Below are positions 40,200-48,331 of a DNA stretch of 62,230 bases, one piece after another. Every line of letters starts with the position of its first letter. Position 1 is the first letter of the stretch. This stretch comes from an uncultured Thermotogaceae bacterium (lineage in GTDB: Bacteria; Thermotogota; Thermotogae; MWEM01): assembly GCA_964631265.1 (NCBI GenBank), contig CAZVWW010000003.1:1-62230 (forward strand). The letters run 5' to 3'. Below the pieces are notes generated by a model. It did not search any database, was not told the DNA's origin, and saw only the letters and a program-made list of their open reading frames with translations. Both the position numbers and the translations under genes were made by a program.

Positions 40200-40229
40200 T
40201 TCAATCAATAAGTTTAACGAGGTGATTAG

Positions 40230-40508
40230 ATGGTATTTGTCAACAGTATAATTCTCCTTGGTGCTCTGGGTTTCGGTTTTGGTACATTTCTTGCCTTTGC
40301 AGCCAAAAAGTTTGAAGTGAAAGAGGACCCGAGGCTTGAAAAGATTGTCGAAGTACTCCCGAGCGCGAATTGCGGAGCCTGTGGATACCCCGGTTGTGAG
40401 GCTTTCGCTAAAGCCGTTCTAAAGGGCGAGGCACCAAAAGACGGGTGTCTTCCTGGAAAAGCACAGGGCGTTTCAGAGAAGATAAAGAAAATTCTGGAAG
40501 AAGGTTAA
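40230..40508 (+). CDS. rnfB: Rnf complex subunit B, minimal 92-aa form (membrane anchor + single Cys4 Fe-S domain only)
   Basis: The N-terminal TM helix is followed by ..ANCGACGYPGCEAFAKAVLKGEAPKDGC.. (C-x2-C-x4-C-x16-C, the RnfB N-terminal Fe-S domain). No ferredoxin-type CxxCxxCxxxCP repeats follow, and the stop is real. Confidence 0.75.
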   Translation: MVFVNSIILLGALGFGFGTFLAFAAKKFEVKEDPRLEKIVEVLPSANCGACGYPGCEAFAKAVLKGEAPKDGCLPGKAQGVSEKIKKILEEG

Positions 40509-40576
40509 AAAAAAGAAGGGGAGGCCTGATTCAAGCGCCTTCCCTGTTTAAATCAAATCCTTACGAAAGCAGGGGA

Positions 40577-40638
40577 AAATCAGGGGGACAGGTCCCTTGA
40601 TTATGAATTCATAATCAAGGGACCTGTCCCCCTGATTT
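40577..40638. repeat. long palindromic repeat, copy 2 (family 1), perfect 62-nt palindrome
   Basis: AAATCAGGGGGACAGGTCCCTTGATTATGAA|TTCATAATCAAGGGACCTGTCCCCCTGATTT, centred on GAATTC. It lies between the convergent rnfB and DUF3298 genes. Confidence 0.9.
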
Positions 40639-40646
40639 CTGAGTCT

Positions 40647-41333
40647 TTAGTCTTGAAGAGGGATTGTTTCGCGTAAATACCCGTCAAGGTATGAAAACGG
40701 GATCTCAAATGTTAAAACCCCATAAGCATATGGGGTATATTCATATTCCTGATAGAGAATGATCAGTTCGTCCTCTGTCAGATAAAATTCCTGTCCGGCT
40801 TGAATCCCTTTAAATTCAGTAAAATCGAAGATGGGGATCTCTCTCTCTTTTATCTCCTTTTTCATGTAACGATCCAGTCTTTCTTTGAAATTGCTTCCCT
40901 CAATAAAGATATCCTTCAAGGCCAGTTCCAGTCCCGTTTCTTTATTAAAAGTCAACCCGATAAAAAGATGATTGCCGTGTGCGCCATGATACGGATATAG
41001 GTATTCCTCCATCTTAACACTTACAGATGTTTCGGTTTCATAGGTAACAGTGGCCTGTGTAATATATTCCATAACATCCCAATGCTCGGCTCTCGTTTTT
41101 GTCGGGGCTACTGAATAAGTATCGTACAGACGGTAAGCTGCCTCGTAGAGCGTTTGATTGATCGCTTCAAGTTGCGGATTGTCCTCCATTAGGATGAAAG
41201 AGGGGACACTGATTTGCTCATTTTTCATGATAACACTGTCTTCATTCGCTGAAAACGCTGAGGTTGAAATCAAGACAAGCAGAAAAAAAGCAATGAAGAT
41301 CCTGGTTAACGTTTTGCTCTTTGATGCTGACAT
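40647..41333 (-). CDS. secreted DUF3298 (RsiV/PdaC C-terminal-like) domain protein
   Basis: The start MSASKSKTLTRIFIAFFLLVLISTSAFS (ATG 41333) lies 9 nt after AAGGAG, which sits inside the longer track ORF. The core ..YPYHGAHGNHLFIGLTFNKETGLELALKDIF.. matches the GAHG-containing DUF3298 core. Confidence 0.7.
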   Translation of the reverse strand: MSASKSKTLTRIFIAFFLLVLISTSAFSANEDSVIMKNEQISVPSFILMEDNPQLEAINQTLYEAAYRLYDTYSVAPTKTRAEHWDVMEYITQATVTYETETSVSVKMEEYLYPYHGAHGNHLFIGLTFNKETGLELALKDIFIEGSNFKERLDRYMKKEIKEREIPIFDFTEFKGIQAGQEFYLTEDELIILYQEYEYTPYAYGVLTFEIPFSYLDGYLRETIPLQD

Positions 41334-41522
41334 ACTGATCATCTCCTTTGTAGTGATTGTATTATACACCTCTCATCATTAGTCCGGATTTGTAAAGCAG
41401 GGGAATTGTTGTATAATAGATTCGTTCAGTCTCGGATAGAGTTGCTCAGAGAGGAAATAGAATGCCCGGGACAGAAAAGTTTATGATACTCTAAATCAAT
41501 AAACAAAAGGCAGGTGTTCCAG

Positions 41523-42470
41523 ATGTTGGGAGAAAGCAGAATAATCTATGGAAGTATGGGACTTGGGGGATCGTGGGATGATCAAAAACTTGAATCTGAA
41601 GAGATTAAAAAGGCTGAAGAGGCATTTAACGCCGCTTTGGAGATTGGTATAACGTATTTCGATTTTGCTGATATCTACACAAATGGAAAATCAGAGAAAG
41701 TCTTCGGAGAGTTCATTAAGGGAAACCCGGGATTGAGGGAAAAGGTGAAGATCCAGACAAAGGCCGGCATCATTCTTCCCCATCAGGATGGTATCGGACG
41801 ATTTGATTTTTCATCCACTCATATTATTAAGGCTGTCGAAGGAAGTTTAAAGCGGCTGAATGTTGACAGAATTGATTCTCTCCTGCTTCATCGACCTGAT
41901 CCTTTGATGGATCCGGATGCATTAAAAGTGGCTTTTGATTATCTCTTCGATAATGCCCTTATCGGACGGATGGGCGTTTCCAATATGAATCAGCATCAGA
42001 TTCGCTTCGTTGAGCAGGCAGTGGGTCGAAAAGTGACAGCCAATCAGCTTGAACTGAGTCTACAAAGACTGGACTGGCTCGATTCAACCATTGGTGTGAA
42101 CAATGATGAAGGTTTTAAGAGTGCTTTTACACCGGGAATCATCGAATATTCGATGGTGAACAAGATTGAGCTACAGGCCTGGAGCCCGATGGCAAGAGGG
42201 ATTTATTCCGGTAAAAAACTGGGTCATGATACTCCTCAGAATAGTGTTGACACAAGAGACTATGTCTATGAGCTTGCCGGGAATAAGGAAACCACCCCCG
42301 GCAGTATTGTATTAGCCTTTTTGCTAAAACATCCCGCAGGCATCAGACCCGTTATAGGAACGTCAAAAGCCAATAGAATTCTGGAGATTAAAGATGCAGA
42401 GGATGTTGAACTGAGCAGAAGAGAATGGTACAAACTTTACATCCTTTCAAGAGGTGAAAAGTTGCCATGA
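41523..42470 (+). CDS. aldo/keto reductase
   Basis: AKR motifs are present: ..GSMGLGG.., ..FDFADIYTNGKSE.., ..LLLHRPD.., ..GVSNMN... The start is either ATG 41523 or GTG 41514. Confidence 0.85.
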   Translation: MLGESRIIYGSMGLGGSWDDQKLESEEIKKAEEAFNAALEIGITYFDFADIYTNGKSEKVFGEFIKGNPGLREKVKIQTKAGIILPHQDGIGRFDFSSTHIIKAVEGSLKRLNVDRIDSLLLHRPDPLMDPDALKVAFDYLFDNALIGRMGVSNMNQHQIRFVEQAVGRKVTANQLELSLQRLDWLDSTIGVNNDEGFKSAFTPGIIEYSMVNKIELQAWSPMARGIYSGKKLGHDTPQNSVDTRDYVYELAGNKETTPGSIVLAFLLKHPAGIRPVIGTSKANRILEIKDAEDVELSRREWYKLYILSRGEKLP

Positions 42471-42543
42471 GCTTTTTAATACCTCCCGTTTATCTCATGC
42501 AACCGTTTCTTTCCAACACAGACAGAATATAAACTCCCTGGCT

Positions 42544-42727
42544 GGTTGCATGTCCCAGCGCTTCGTGTAGCAATCGTGCTATAGATTTTTTCTGGCTGCA
42601 TGTCCCTGGGGTGCAGCCGGAATCCAGTCATGAGTCCCCCGGCTCATGTCCTTATCTGGTTTTTTAACGCTCTGATTCTGTTGGACAAATGAAAAGGCGA
42701 TCGAAAGAGGAGTTTTTTCTATTCTCC
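42544..42727 (+). repeat. tandem-hairpin repeat element, copy B (family 2)
   Basis: It has four parts: a degenerate unit (42544-42575), hairpin GGCTGCA-N11-TGCAGCC (42594-42618), hairpin CATGAG-N8-CTCATG (42629-42648), and the module AAAGAGGAGTTTTTTCTATTCTCC (42704-42727). 56 of 68 ungapped positions are identical to copy A (31553-31620 vs 42585-42652), counted by eye. Confidence 0.7.
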
Positions 42728-42748
42728 TTGCAAAAAACCATGCAACCC

Positions 42749-42777
42749 TTGACTTTTCCATTCAATAATGATAGAAT
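42749..42777 (+). promoter_or_regulatory. sigma-70-type promoter of the zur-znuACB operon
   Basis: -35 TTGACT (42749-42754), an exact 17-nt spacer, and -10 TAGAAT (42772-42777). It lies about 30 nt upstream of the first ATG of zur. Confidence 0.6.
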
Positions 42778-42780
42778 TAT
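42764..42780. promoter_or_regulatory. Fur-family (Zur) box overlapping the -10 element
   Basis: AATAATGATAGAATTAT contains the ATAATGATA 9-mer of the classical Fur-box consensus. It is 12/16 self-complementary (ATAAT..ATTAT). Confidence 0.5.
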
Positions 42781-42808
42781 ATAAGAATGCGCAAACGATT
42801 TGCAAGAG

Positions 42809-43195
42809 ATGATTGTTATGCGATTTACTGAGAACAGAAAAAGTGTGTTTAATGTTATCGATCGTGCAGAAAAGCCGTTGAGTGTTGAGGATATTAAGGC
42901 CAGGATTCAGAAGAAACTCGACACTTCAACTGTTTATAGGGCGTTGGAGTTCCTGGAAAAGAGGGGGCTGATTGCGTCTGTTTCTTTCGGGGGCAATATC
43001 AGATTTTTTTTCAGAAAAGAACGGTTTCGCCATTTTCTTTTTTGTGAAAGATGTAATGGTATAGAGGTTTTTGATAAATGTGGAGCAAAACCCTTAATGG
43101 AAGCCGTTAAAAAAGAGTACAATTTCAGAATCAATTCCCATGTATTTTATTTTTCGGGGATCTGTTCAAACTGTATTGAAAAGGAAGGTGAGTAG
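42809..43195 (+). CDS. zur: Fur-family metalloregulator, probably Zur
   Basis: A winged-helix N-terminus (..STVYRALEFLEKRGLI..) and two CxxC pairs (CERC, CSNC). It lies immediately upstream of znuA, whose start abuts the zur stop. The start is ATG 42809 or 42818. Confidence 0.75.
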   Translation: MIVMRFTENRKSVFNVIDRAEKPLSVEDIKARIQKKLDTSTVYRALEFLEKRGLIASVSFGGNIRFFFRKERFRHFLFCERCNGIEVFDKCGAKPLMEAVKKEYNFRINSHVFYFSGICSNCIEKEGE

Positions 43196-44065
43196 ATGAG
43201 AAAAGAATTGTCCATTATATTAATGCTGGTTTTTCTGGTGGGTTTGGCTGTTGCCGTTGAGAGGGTGGCCGTCTCGATTGTCCCCCAGAAGACTTTCGTC
43301 AAGGCTGTGGCTGGAGAACGGGTTGAGGTGATCACAATGATACCACCGGGTTACAGCCCGGCTAATTATGCGCCCGATACAAGGCAGTTGATGGCTTTCT
43401 CTGACGCAAGTGTCTATTTCACTATCGGTGTTCCCGCAGAGGAGAGCAATATTCTGCCGAGGATAGCGAAGTTGAATCAGGAGGTCAGGATCGTGCCTCT
43501 TGAAGGGATTGTCAATGAGCGATATGAGCCCCGTTACTTTTCCGGAGGGAGTATTGATCCGCATATATGGCTTTCTCCGAAAAGAGTGATTGTCATGATT
43601 GAAGTCATCGAGGAGACACTGTCAGAGCTTATGCCGGATCAAAGCGGTTTTTTCAAGAAAAACGCAGCAGATTATATCGGAAAATTGGAGACAACTGATG
43701 AGGTGATCAAAGAGAAATTGAGTAATATTGAGACTCAGAGTTTTTTTGTCTATCATCCTTCTTTTGGGTACTTTGCTCAGGATTACGGTTTGAAGATGTA
43801 TGCCGTCGAACAAAACGGGAAAGCCCCGTCCCCGAAGAGACTCTCTGAACTGATTGACCTGGCCGGGGATCAAAACATCGGTGTTATCTTTTATCAGCCT
43901 GAAATTGACAGCCGGCAGACACGAATATTCGCATCTGAAATCGATGGGGTTGCAAAAGAGATCGATCCACTTGCAAGCAATTATATTGACAATCTACTTG
44001 ATATGGCAGATACGTTTCTCGAGTATCTGAACAACACCAACAATAAAGCGGGTGAAGCTGATTGA
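43196..44065 (+). CDS. znuA: metal (Zn/Mn) ABC transporter substrate-binding protein, cluster A-I
   Basis: A signal peptide plus the motifs ..DPHIWLSPK.. and ..VYHPSFGYFAQDYGL.., typical of ZnuA/TroA SBPs. Confidence 0.85.
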   Translation: MRKELSIILMLVFLVGLAVAVERVAVSIVPQKTFVKAVAGERVEVITMIPPGYSPANYAPDTRQLMAFSDASVYFTIGVPAEESNILPRIAKLNQEVRIVPLEGIVNERYEPRYFSGGSIDPHIWLSPKRVIVMIEVIEETLSELMPDQSGFFKKNAADYIGKLETTDEVIKEKLSNIETQSFFVYHPSFGYFAQDYGLKMYAVEQNGKAPSPKRLSELIDLAGDQNIGVIFYQPEIDSRQTRIFASEIDGVAKEIDPLASNYIDNLLDMADTFLEYLNNTNNKAGEAD

Positions 44066-44850
44066 ATCGAGAGGACGGAAAGGCGATAGATGTTCAGAAT
44101 TTATCGGTTTATTTCGGTAAACAACCTGCCCTTAAGGATGTCACTTTTTCGGTTCATAAAGGCATCATGCTTGGCATCATCGGACCAAATGGCGGGGGGA
44201 AAAGCACCCTTCTAAAAACGATTCTCGGTCTGGTGACGCCGGATAAAGGGAAAATAACGATCTTTGGAAAAGGCAATAAGATTCAGAGAGAAAGAGGTGT
44301 TCTGGGGTATGTCCCTCAGGTGGCATCTTTTGACAGGCTTTTTCCAATCAAGGTGATCGATGTGATCTTAAGTGGCCGGCTCAACAAAACCATGAAACCG
44401 TTTAAGTTTTTCAGTGGAGAGGATAAAAAAGCCGGTGAAGAAGTGCTTGATAGTATGGGAATAGAGGCGCTTAAAAACAGGCAGATTGGTCAGTTATCCG
44501 GCGGTCAGCTCCAAAAGGTCCTGATCGCAAGGGCGTTGATCCACAAGCCGGCAATTCTCCTTCTCGATGAGCCGACAGCCAGTATTGATTCACAGACAAA
44601 GAACCAGATATACAATATCTTGAATTCACTTGTCCCTAAGATAACGGTAGTCGTTGTAACACATGATATGGCAGCTGTTTCCTCGTACTTTGACTACATC
44701 GCCTGTTTAAACACAGCACTTCATTATCATGGCGACAAAGAACTGACTCAGGAAACCGTTGATGAAACCTTCGGATGTCCGGTTGATCTGATCGCACACG
44801 GTGTGCCCCACCGGGTTTACAGAGAGGATGGGGATGTCTATCATGATTGA
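44062..44850 (+). CDS. znuC: metal ABC transporter ATP-binding protein
   Basis: Walker A GPNGGGKST, signature LSGGQLQK, Walker B LLLDEP and H-loop VTHD. A TTG start overlaps the znuA stop. Confidence 0.88.
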   Translation: MNREDGKAIDVQNLSVYFGKQPALKDVTFSVHKGIMLGIIGPNGGGKSTLLKTILGLVTPDKGKITIFGKGNKIQRERGVLGYVPQVASFDRLFPIKVIDVILSGRLNKTMKPFKFFSGEDKKAGEEVLDSMGIEALKNRQIGQLSGGQLQKVLIARALIHKPAILLLDEPTASIDSQTKNQIYNILNSLVPKITVVVVTHDMAAVSSYFDYIACLNTALHYHGDKELTQETVDETFGCPVDLIAHGVPHRVYREDGDVYHD

Positions 44851-45655
44851 GGCCCTGCTCAAGTACACATTCCTTCAACATGCCTTTATCACAGCAATTC
44901 TGGCAAGTGTTGTCTGTGGGATTATCGGTACGATTGTTGTTGAGAAGAAACTGGTCATGATGAGCGGCGGGATCGCGCATACAGCCTTCGGTGGTATCGG
45001 TCTCGGTTATTGTATCGGGATTGAACCCATAGTGGGTGCTCTCTTCTTCGCAGGCGGGTCATCATTTGCCGTGGCTGCGATAAAGCGAAACACGAATACA
45101 AACCCCGACACACTCATCGGGATACTCTGGTCGATGGGGATGGCAGCCGGTATCCTTTTTATATCACTGACACCCGGTTACCCTCCCGATATGTCCTCGT
45201 ATCTCTTCGGCGATATTCTAACTGTCTCAGTCTTTGATATTTACACGATTACTGTGCTTGTTTCTTTTATTGTCTTCATTATGATTGCCTTCTACAATTA
45301 CTGGAAATCATTCTTGTTTGATGAGGAGTTTTCTTTCGTCATCGGTCTCAAAACGGCCTTTATGGAGTATTTCATGTTCCTGCTCATTGCGCTGACCGTT
45401 GTCGTTTTGATCCGCGTTGTGGGGATCATCCTTGTTATTTCCCTTCTGACGGCACCTCCCGCAATAGCGAAATTCTTTACCTTTGATCTGAAAAAAATGA
45501 TGGCCCTCTCCATTCTGATCGGCATGATATTCAGTATCTCCGGTTTATGGCTTTCCTATTATTTCAACATTCCCTCAGGCGCTATGATAATACTCTTAAT
45601 CGGCAGTGTTTTCTTTCTCACCGCTTTTCTTAAAAGGCGGCAGAGCAGGAAATAA
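44834..45655 (+). CDS. znuB: metal ABC transporter permease
   Basis: An ABC-3 family polytopic protein (..MMSGGIAHTAFGGIGLG..). Candidate starts are 44828, 44834 and 44843. ATG 44834 has GAGG 6 nt upstream. Confidence 0.8.
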   Translation: MSIMIEALLKYTFLQHAFITAILASVVCGIIGTIVVEKKLVMMSGGIAHTAFGGIGLGYCIGIEPIVGALFFAGGSSFAVAAIKRNTNTNPDTLIGILWSMGMAAGILFISLTPGYPPDMSSYLFGDILTVSVFDIYTITVLVSFIVFIMIAFYNYWKSFLFDEEFSFVIGLKTAFMEYFMFLLIALTVVVLIRVVGIILVISLLTAPPAIAKFFTFDLKKMMALSILIGMIFSISGLWLSYYFNIPSGAMIILLIGSVFFLTAFLKRRQSRK

Positions 45656-45744
45656 AGAACTAATCCATCATACAACGAACCGGTTCTCTGTATTCATCAG
45701 ATGTGCTATAATATCCACAATAATCGCTGTAGGAGGTCAAAAAA

Positions 45745-48312
45745 ATGAGAAAATTTAACAGTCTGTCTGTTGTACCCCACCTACCGGACAGGATAAAAGG
45801 ACTGAGGGATCTGGCGTATAGCTTCTGGAATGCATGGAATCCCGAGATCCGGAATCTATTCAGAGAACTGAATCCCGAGCTATGGGAGCTTGTTGAACGA
45901 AATCCTGTTCTCTTCTTAAAAAACATCAGTCAGAGGCGGCTGGATAAGGCCAGTGAATCGGACTCTTATCTGTCTGAATATGATGACGTCTATGGAAAGT
46001 ATGAGCAATATATAGGTAATCAGGAAACATACTTTAATCAAAAAATTGATGCGGAGAAGAAAGAGGAGTTTAGAGTGGCCTATTTTTCCGCGGAGTTTGG
46101 ATTATATGAATCGCTGCCGATATACTCCGGCGGATTGGGGATACTGGCGGGGGACCATGTTAAGTCAGCCAGTGACCTTGACATTCCTTTAGTCGGAGTG
46201 GGTTTGCTGTATAGAAACGGTTACTTTCAGCAGAAGATCAACAAGGACGGCTGGCAGGAGTCTTATTATCCGGTTTATGATTTTACCGACTTCCCGGTTG
46301 TTCCCATTGTCAATGACCAGAATGCTGAGATAAAGGTGGCTGTTGAGCTCCCCGATGGAAAGTTGTTTGCAAAGGTCTGGAAGACAAAAGTCATGAGAAC
46401 CACGCTGCTTCTTCTCGATACAGACATCGAGGATAATCCCCCGAAATACAGGAACATAACCTCGCAATTGTATGGTGGAAATGAGGAGATGCGGGTTAAA
46501 CAGGAGATTTTACTTGGCATCGGCGGTGTTCGTGCCGTTAGAATGTGTGGCTATAAACCGAGTGTCTGGCATATGAATGAAGGGCATTCTGTTTTCATGG
46601 CACTTGAACGGATAAGAGAAATGGTTGAAGGCAAATCGCTTGATTTCTTTGAGGCGTTGGAAACAGTAAGAGGCTCCACAGTCTTTACAACGCATACACC
46701 TGTGCCGGCTGGAAACGATGCCTTCCCGCTGTATCTGATCGAGAAATATTTCTCCCATTTCTGGAGCCGTTTATCGATACCCAGAAAGGAATTTCTTGAG
46801 CTCGGCATTGAAAGAAACGGTGACCAGAACATGTTTAATCTCACGGTTCTGGCTCTGAACATGACGGCCTGGCGCAACGGAGTCAGCAGGCTTCATGGCG
46901 AGGTTTCAAGAGACATGTGGCAAAATGCCTGGTATGAGGTTCCTGTTCAGGAGATCCCCATCACTCACGTGACCAACGGCATTCATGTTGAAACATGGTT
47001 AAATGATGATATGAGACGCTTGTACGATGAGTATCTTCCCGAATGGAAGTTCAATCTTTTGAACGAGGAGTACTGGAAAAAGATCGATGATATACCGGAT
47101 AAGGAATTATGGAAGACAAAGAAGAAGATGAAAAAAGACATGATCGATTTTATCCGGACAAAGACTGAGGATCAGAGAAGGAGAAACGGGGAAACAGTTG
47201 AACAGCTGAGAGAAATTGAAGATATTCTTGATCCGGATGCGCTTACATTGGGATTTGCAAGAAGATTTGCAACGTATAAAAGGGCAACATTAATCTTTAG
47301 AAATATCGAGAGACTGAAGAATATCCTCTGTTGCACCGACAAACCGGTTCAAATCATCTTTGCCGGTAAGGCTCACCCGGCAGACAGGCCCGGGCAGGAA
47401 TTGATCAAGCGGATCTATGACATCTCAAGGGATGAGGCGTTCAAGAATAAGATCGTTCTGCTTGAGAACTACAATATGGAAATCGGACGATATCTTGTCT
47501 CCGGTGTCGATATTTGGCTTAACACACCGAGAAGGCCGCATGAGGCAAGCGGAACAAGTGGTCAGAAAGTTCCCGTCAACGGCGGTGTCAATTTCAGTGT
47601 ATTGGACGGCTGGTGGGTGGAAGGCTACAACGGCAACAACGGTTGGGTCATCGGAGACGGAAGAGAGTACAAAGAGCAGAATATTCAGGATACCGTCGAT
47701 GCTGTCAGCTTCTATGACACGCTTGAAAAGGAAATCGTCCCGATGTACTATGACAAAAACGAGGATGATATACCGGCCAGATTCCTGGAAGTCATGAGAA
47801 ATTCGATGAAAACAAACATACCGCGATTCAACACCCATCGGATGTTGAATGACTATTTAAAAAAGCTTTACGTCCCGGCCAACAATTATGGGCATGAAAT
47901 ACGGGGAAATGATTTTAAGATTGCAAAAGCCCTTTCTGTTTGGAAGAGAAAACTGAACGGGGAGTGGCAGGCAGTACGGATTAATACCGACTCCATGAGA
48001 ATAGAGGGGGAAGAGGTTCCCGTTGATATGGATATGGAGTTTTCGGCCAAGATTTTCACAGGGGATATTGATCCCGAAGATCTGAAGGTGGAACTCTATT
48101 TCGCAAGATACAATATCCACAACAATATGGAAGGTTATGAGGTATTCCCGATGGAGCTCGAAAAGGAAACCATCCACAACACTTATATTTACAGAGGGAA
48201 TGCCAAATTGAAGGAAAGAGGCCGGTATCAGTACAGTATTCGGGTCATCCCCGAAAACAAAAATCTGCCCCATAAACATGATACAGCGCTTATCAAATGG
48301 CTCGAGCACTGA
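45745..48312 (+). CDS. glgP: alpha-glucan (maltodextrin/glycogen) phosphorylase, GT35, archaeal/Thermotoga type
   Basis: 855 aa. It has ..YFSAEFGL..SGGLGILAGDH.. at the N-terminus and the PLP-lysine region ..PHEASGTSGQKVPVNGG.. Confidence 0.88.
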   Translation: MRKFNSLSVVPHLPDRIKGLRDLAYSFWNAWNPEIRNLFRELNPELWELVERNPVLFLKNISQRRLDKASESDSYLSEYDDVYGKYEQYIGNQETYFNQKIDAEKKEEFRVAYFSAEFGLYESLPIYSGGLGILAGDHVKSASDLDIPLVGVGLLYRNGYFQQKINKDGWQESYYPVYDFTDFPVVPIVNDQNAEIKVAVELPDGKLFAKVWKTKVMRTTLLLLDTDIEDNPPKYRNITSQLYGGNEEMRVKQEILLGIGGVRAVRMCGYKPSVWHMNEGHSVFMALERIREMVEGKSLDFFEALETVRGSTVFTTHTPVPAGNDAFPLYLIEKYFSHFWSRLSIPRKEFLELGIERNGDQNMFNLTVLALNMTAWRNGVSRLHGEVSRDMWQNAWYEVPVQEIPITHVTNGIHVETWLNDDMRRLYDEYLPEWKFNLLNEEYWKKIDDIPDKELWKTKKKMKKDMIDFIRTKTEDQRRRNGETVEQLREIEDILDPDALTLGFARRFATYKRATLIFRNIERLKNILCCTDKPVQIIFAGKAHPADRPGQELIKRIYDISRDEAFKNKIVLLENYNMEIGRYLVSGVDIWLNTPRRPHEASGTSGQKVPVNGGVNFSVLDGWWVEGYNGNNGWVIGDGREYKEQNIQDTVDAVSFYDTLEKEIVPMYYDKNEDDIPARFLEVMRNSMKTNIPRFNTHRMLNDYLKKLYVPANNYGHEIRGNDFKIAKALSVWKRKLNGEWQAVRINTDSMRIEGEEVPVDMDMEFSAKIFTGDIDPEDLKVELYFARYNIHNNMEGYEVFPMELEKETIHNTYIYRGNAKLKERGRYQYSIRVIPENKNLPHKHDTALIKWLEH

Positions 48313-48331
48313 AGAGGAGAGTGAGGTATTA

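Noticed and set aside
39677-40204. Long antisense ORFs inside well-supported genes. These include 39677-40204(-) in rnfA, 47857-48420(-) in glgP, 48695-49237(-) in mtnA, 30066-30551(+) in the permease, 11804-12301(-) and 11327-11785(-) in hutU, and 819-1157(+) in the GAF gene.
   Set aside because: Each lies opposite a gene with strong family motifs. None has an RBS, and their compositions are low-complexity or biased. These are typical shadow ORFs.
40230-40646. rnfB as a truncated pseudogene.
   Set aside because: The ORF has an RBS-spaced start and an intact Cys4 domain. No ferredoxin-domain remnants exist in any frame in the 138 bp before the next gene. I therefore treat it as a genuine short form, flagged as a finding.
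20520-42648. Shared GTCCC/GGGAC motif across family-1 palindromes, family-2 loops and the 20520 terminator, as evidence for one common recognition system.
   Set aside because: A 5-mer in GC-rich hairpins can recur by chance. Without genome-wide statistics this is only a hint, so it is mentioned but not claimed.
42579-42761. 60-aa minus-strand ORF in the AKR-zur intergenic region.
   Set aside because: It is built almost entirely from the family-2 hairpin repeat and its flanks, has no RBS, and its equivalent at copy A is not open. It is most likely an artefact of the repeat.
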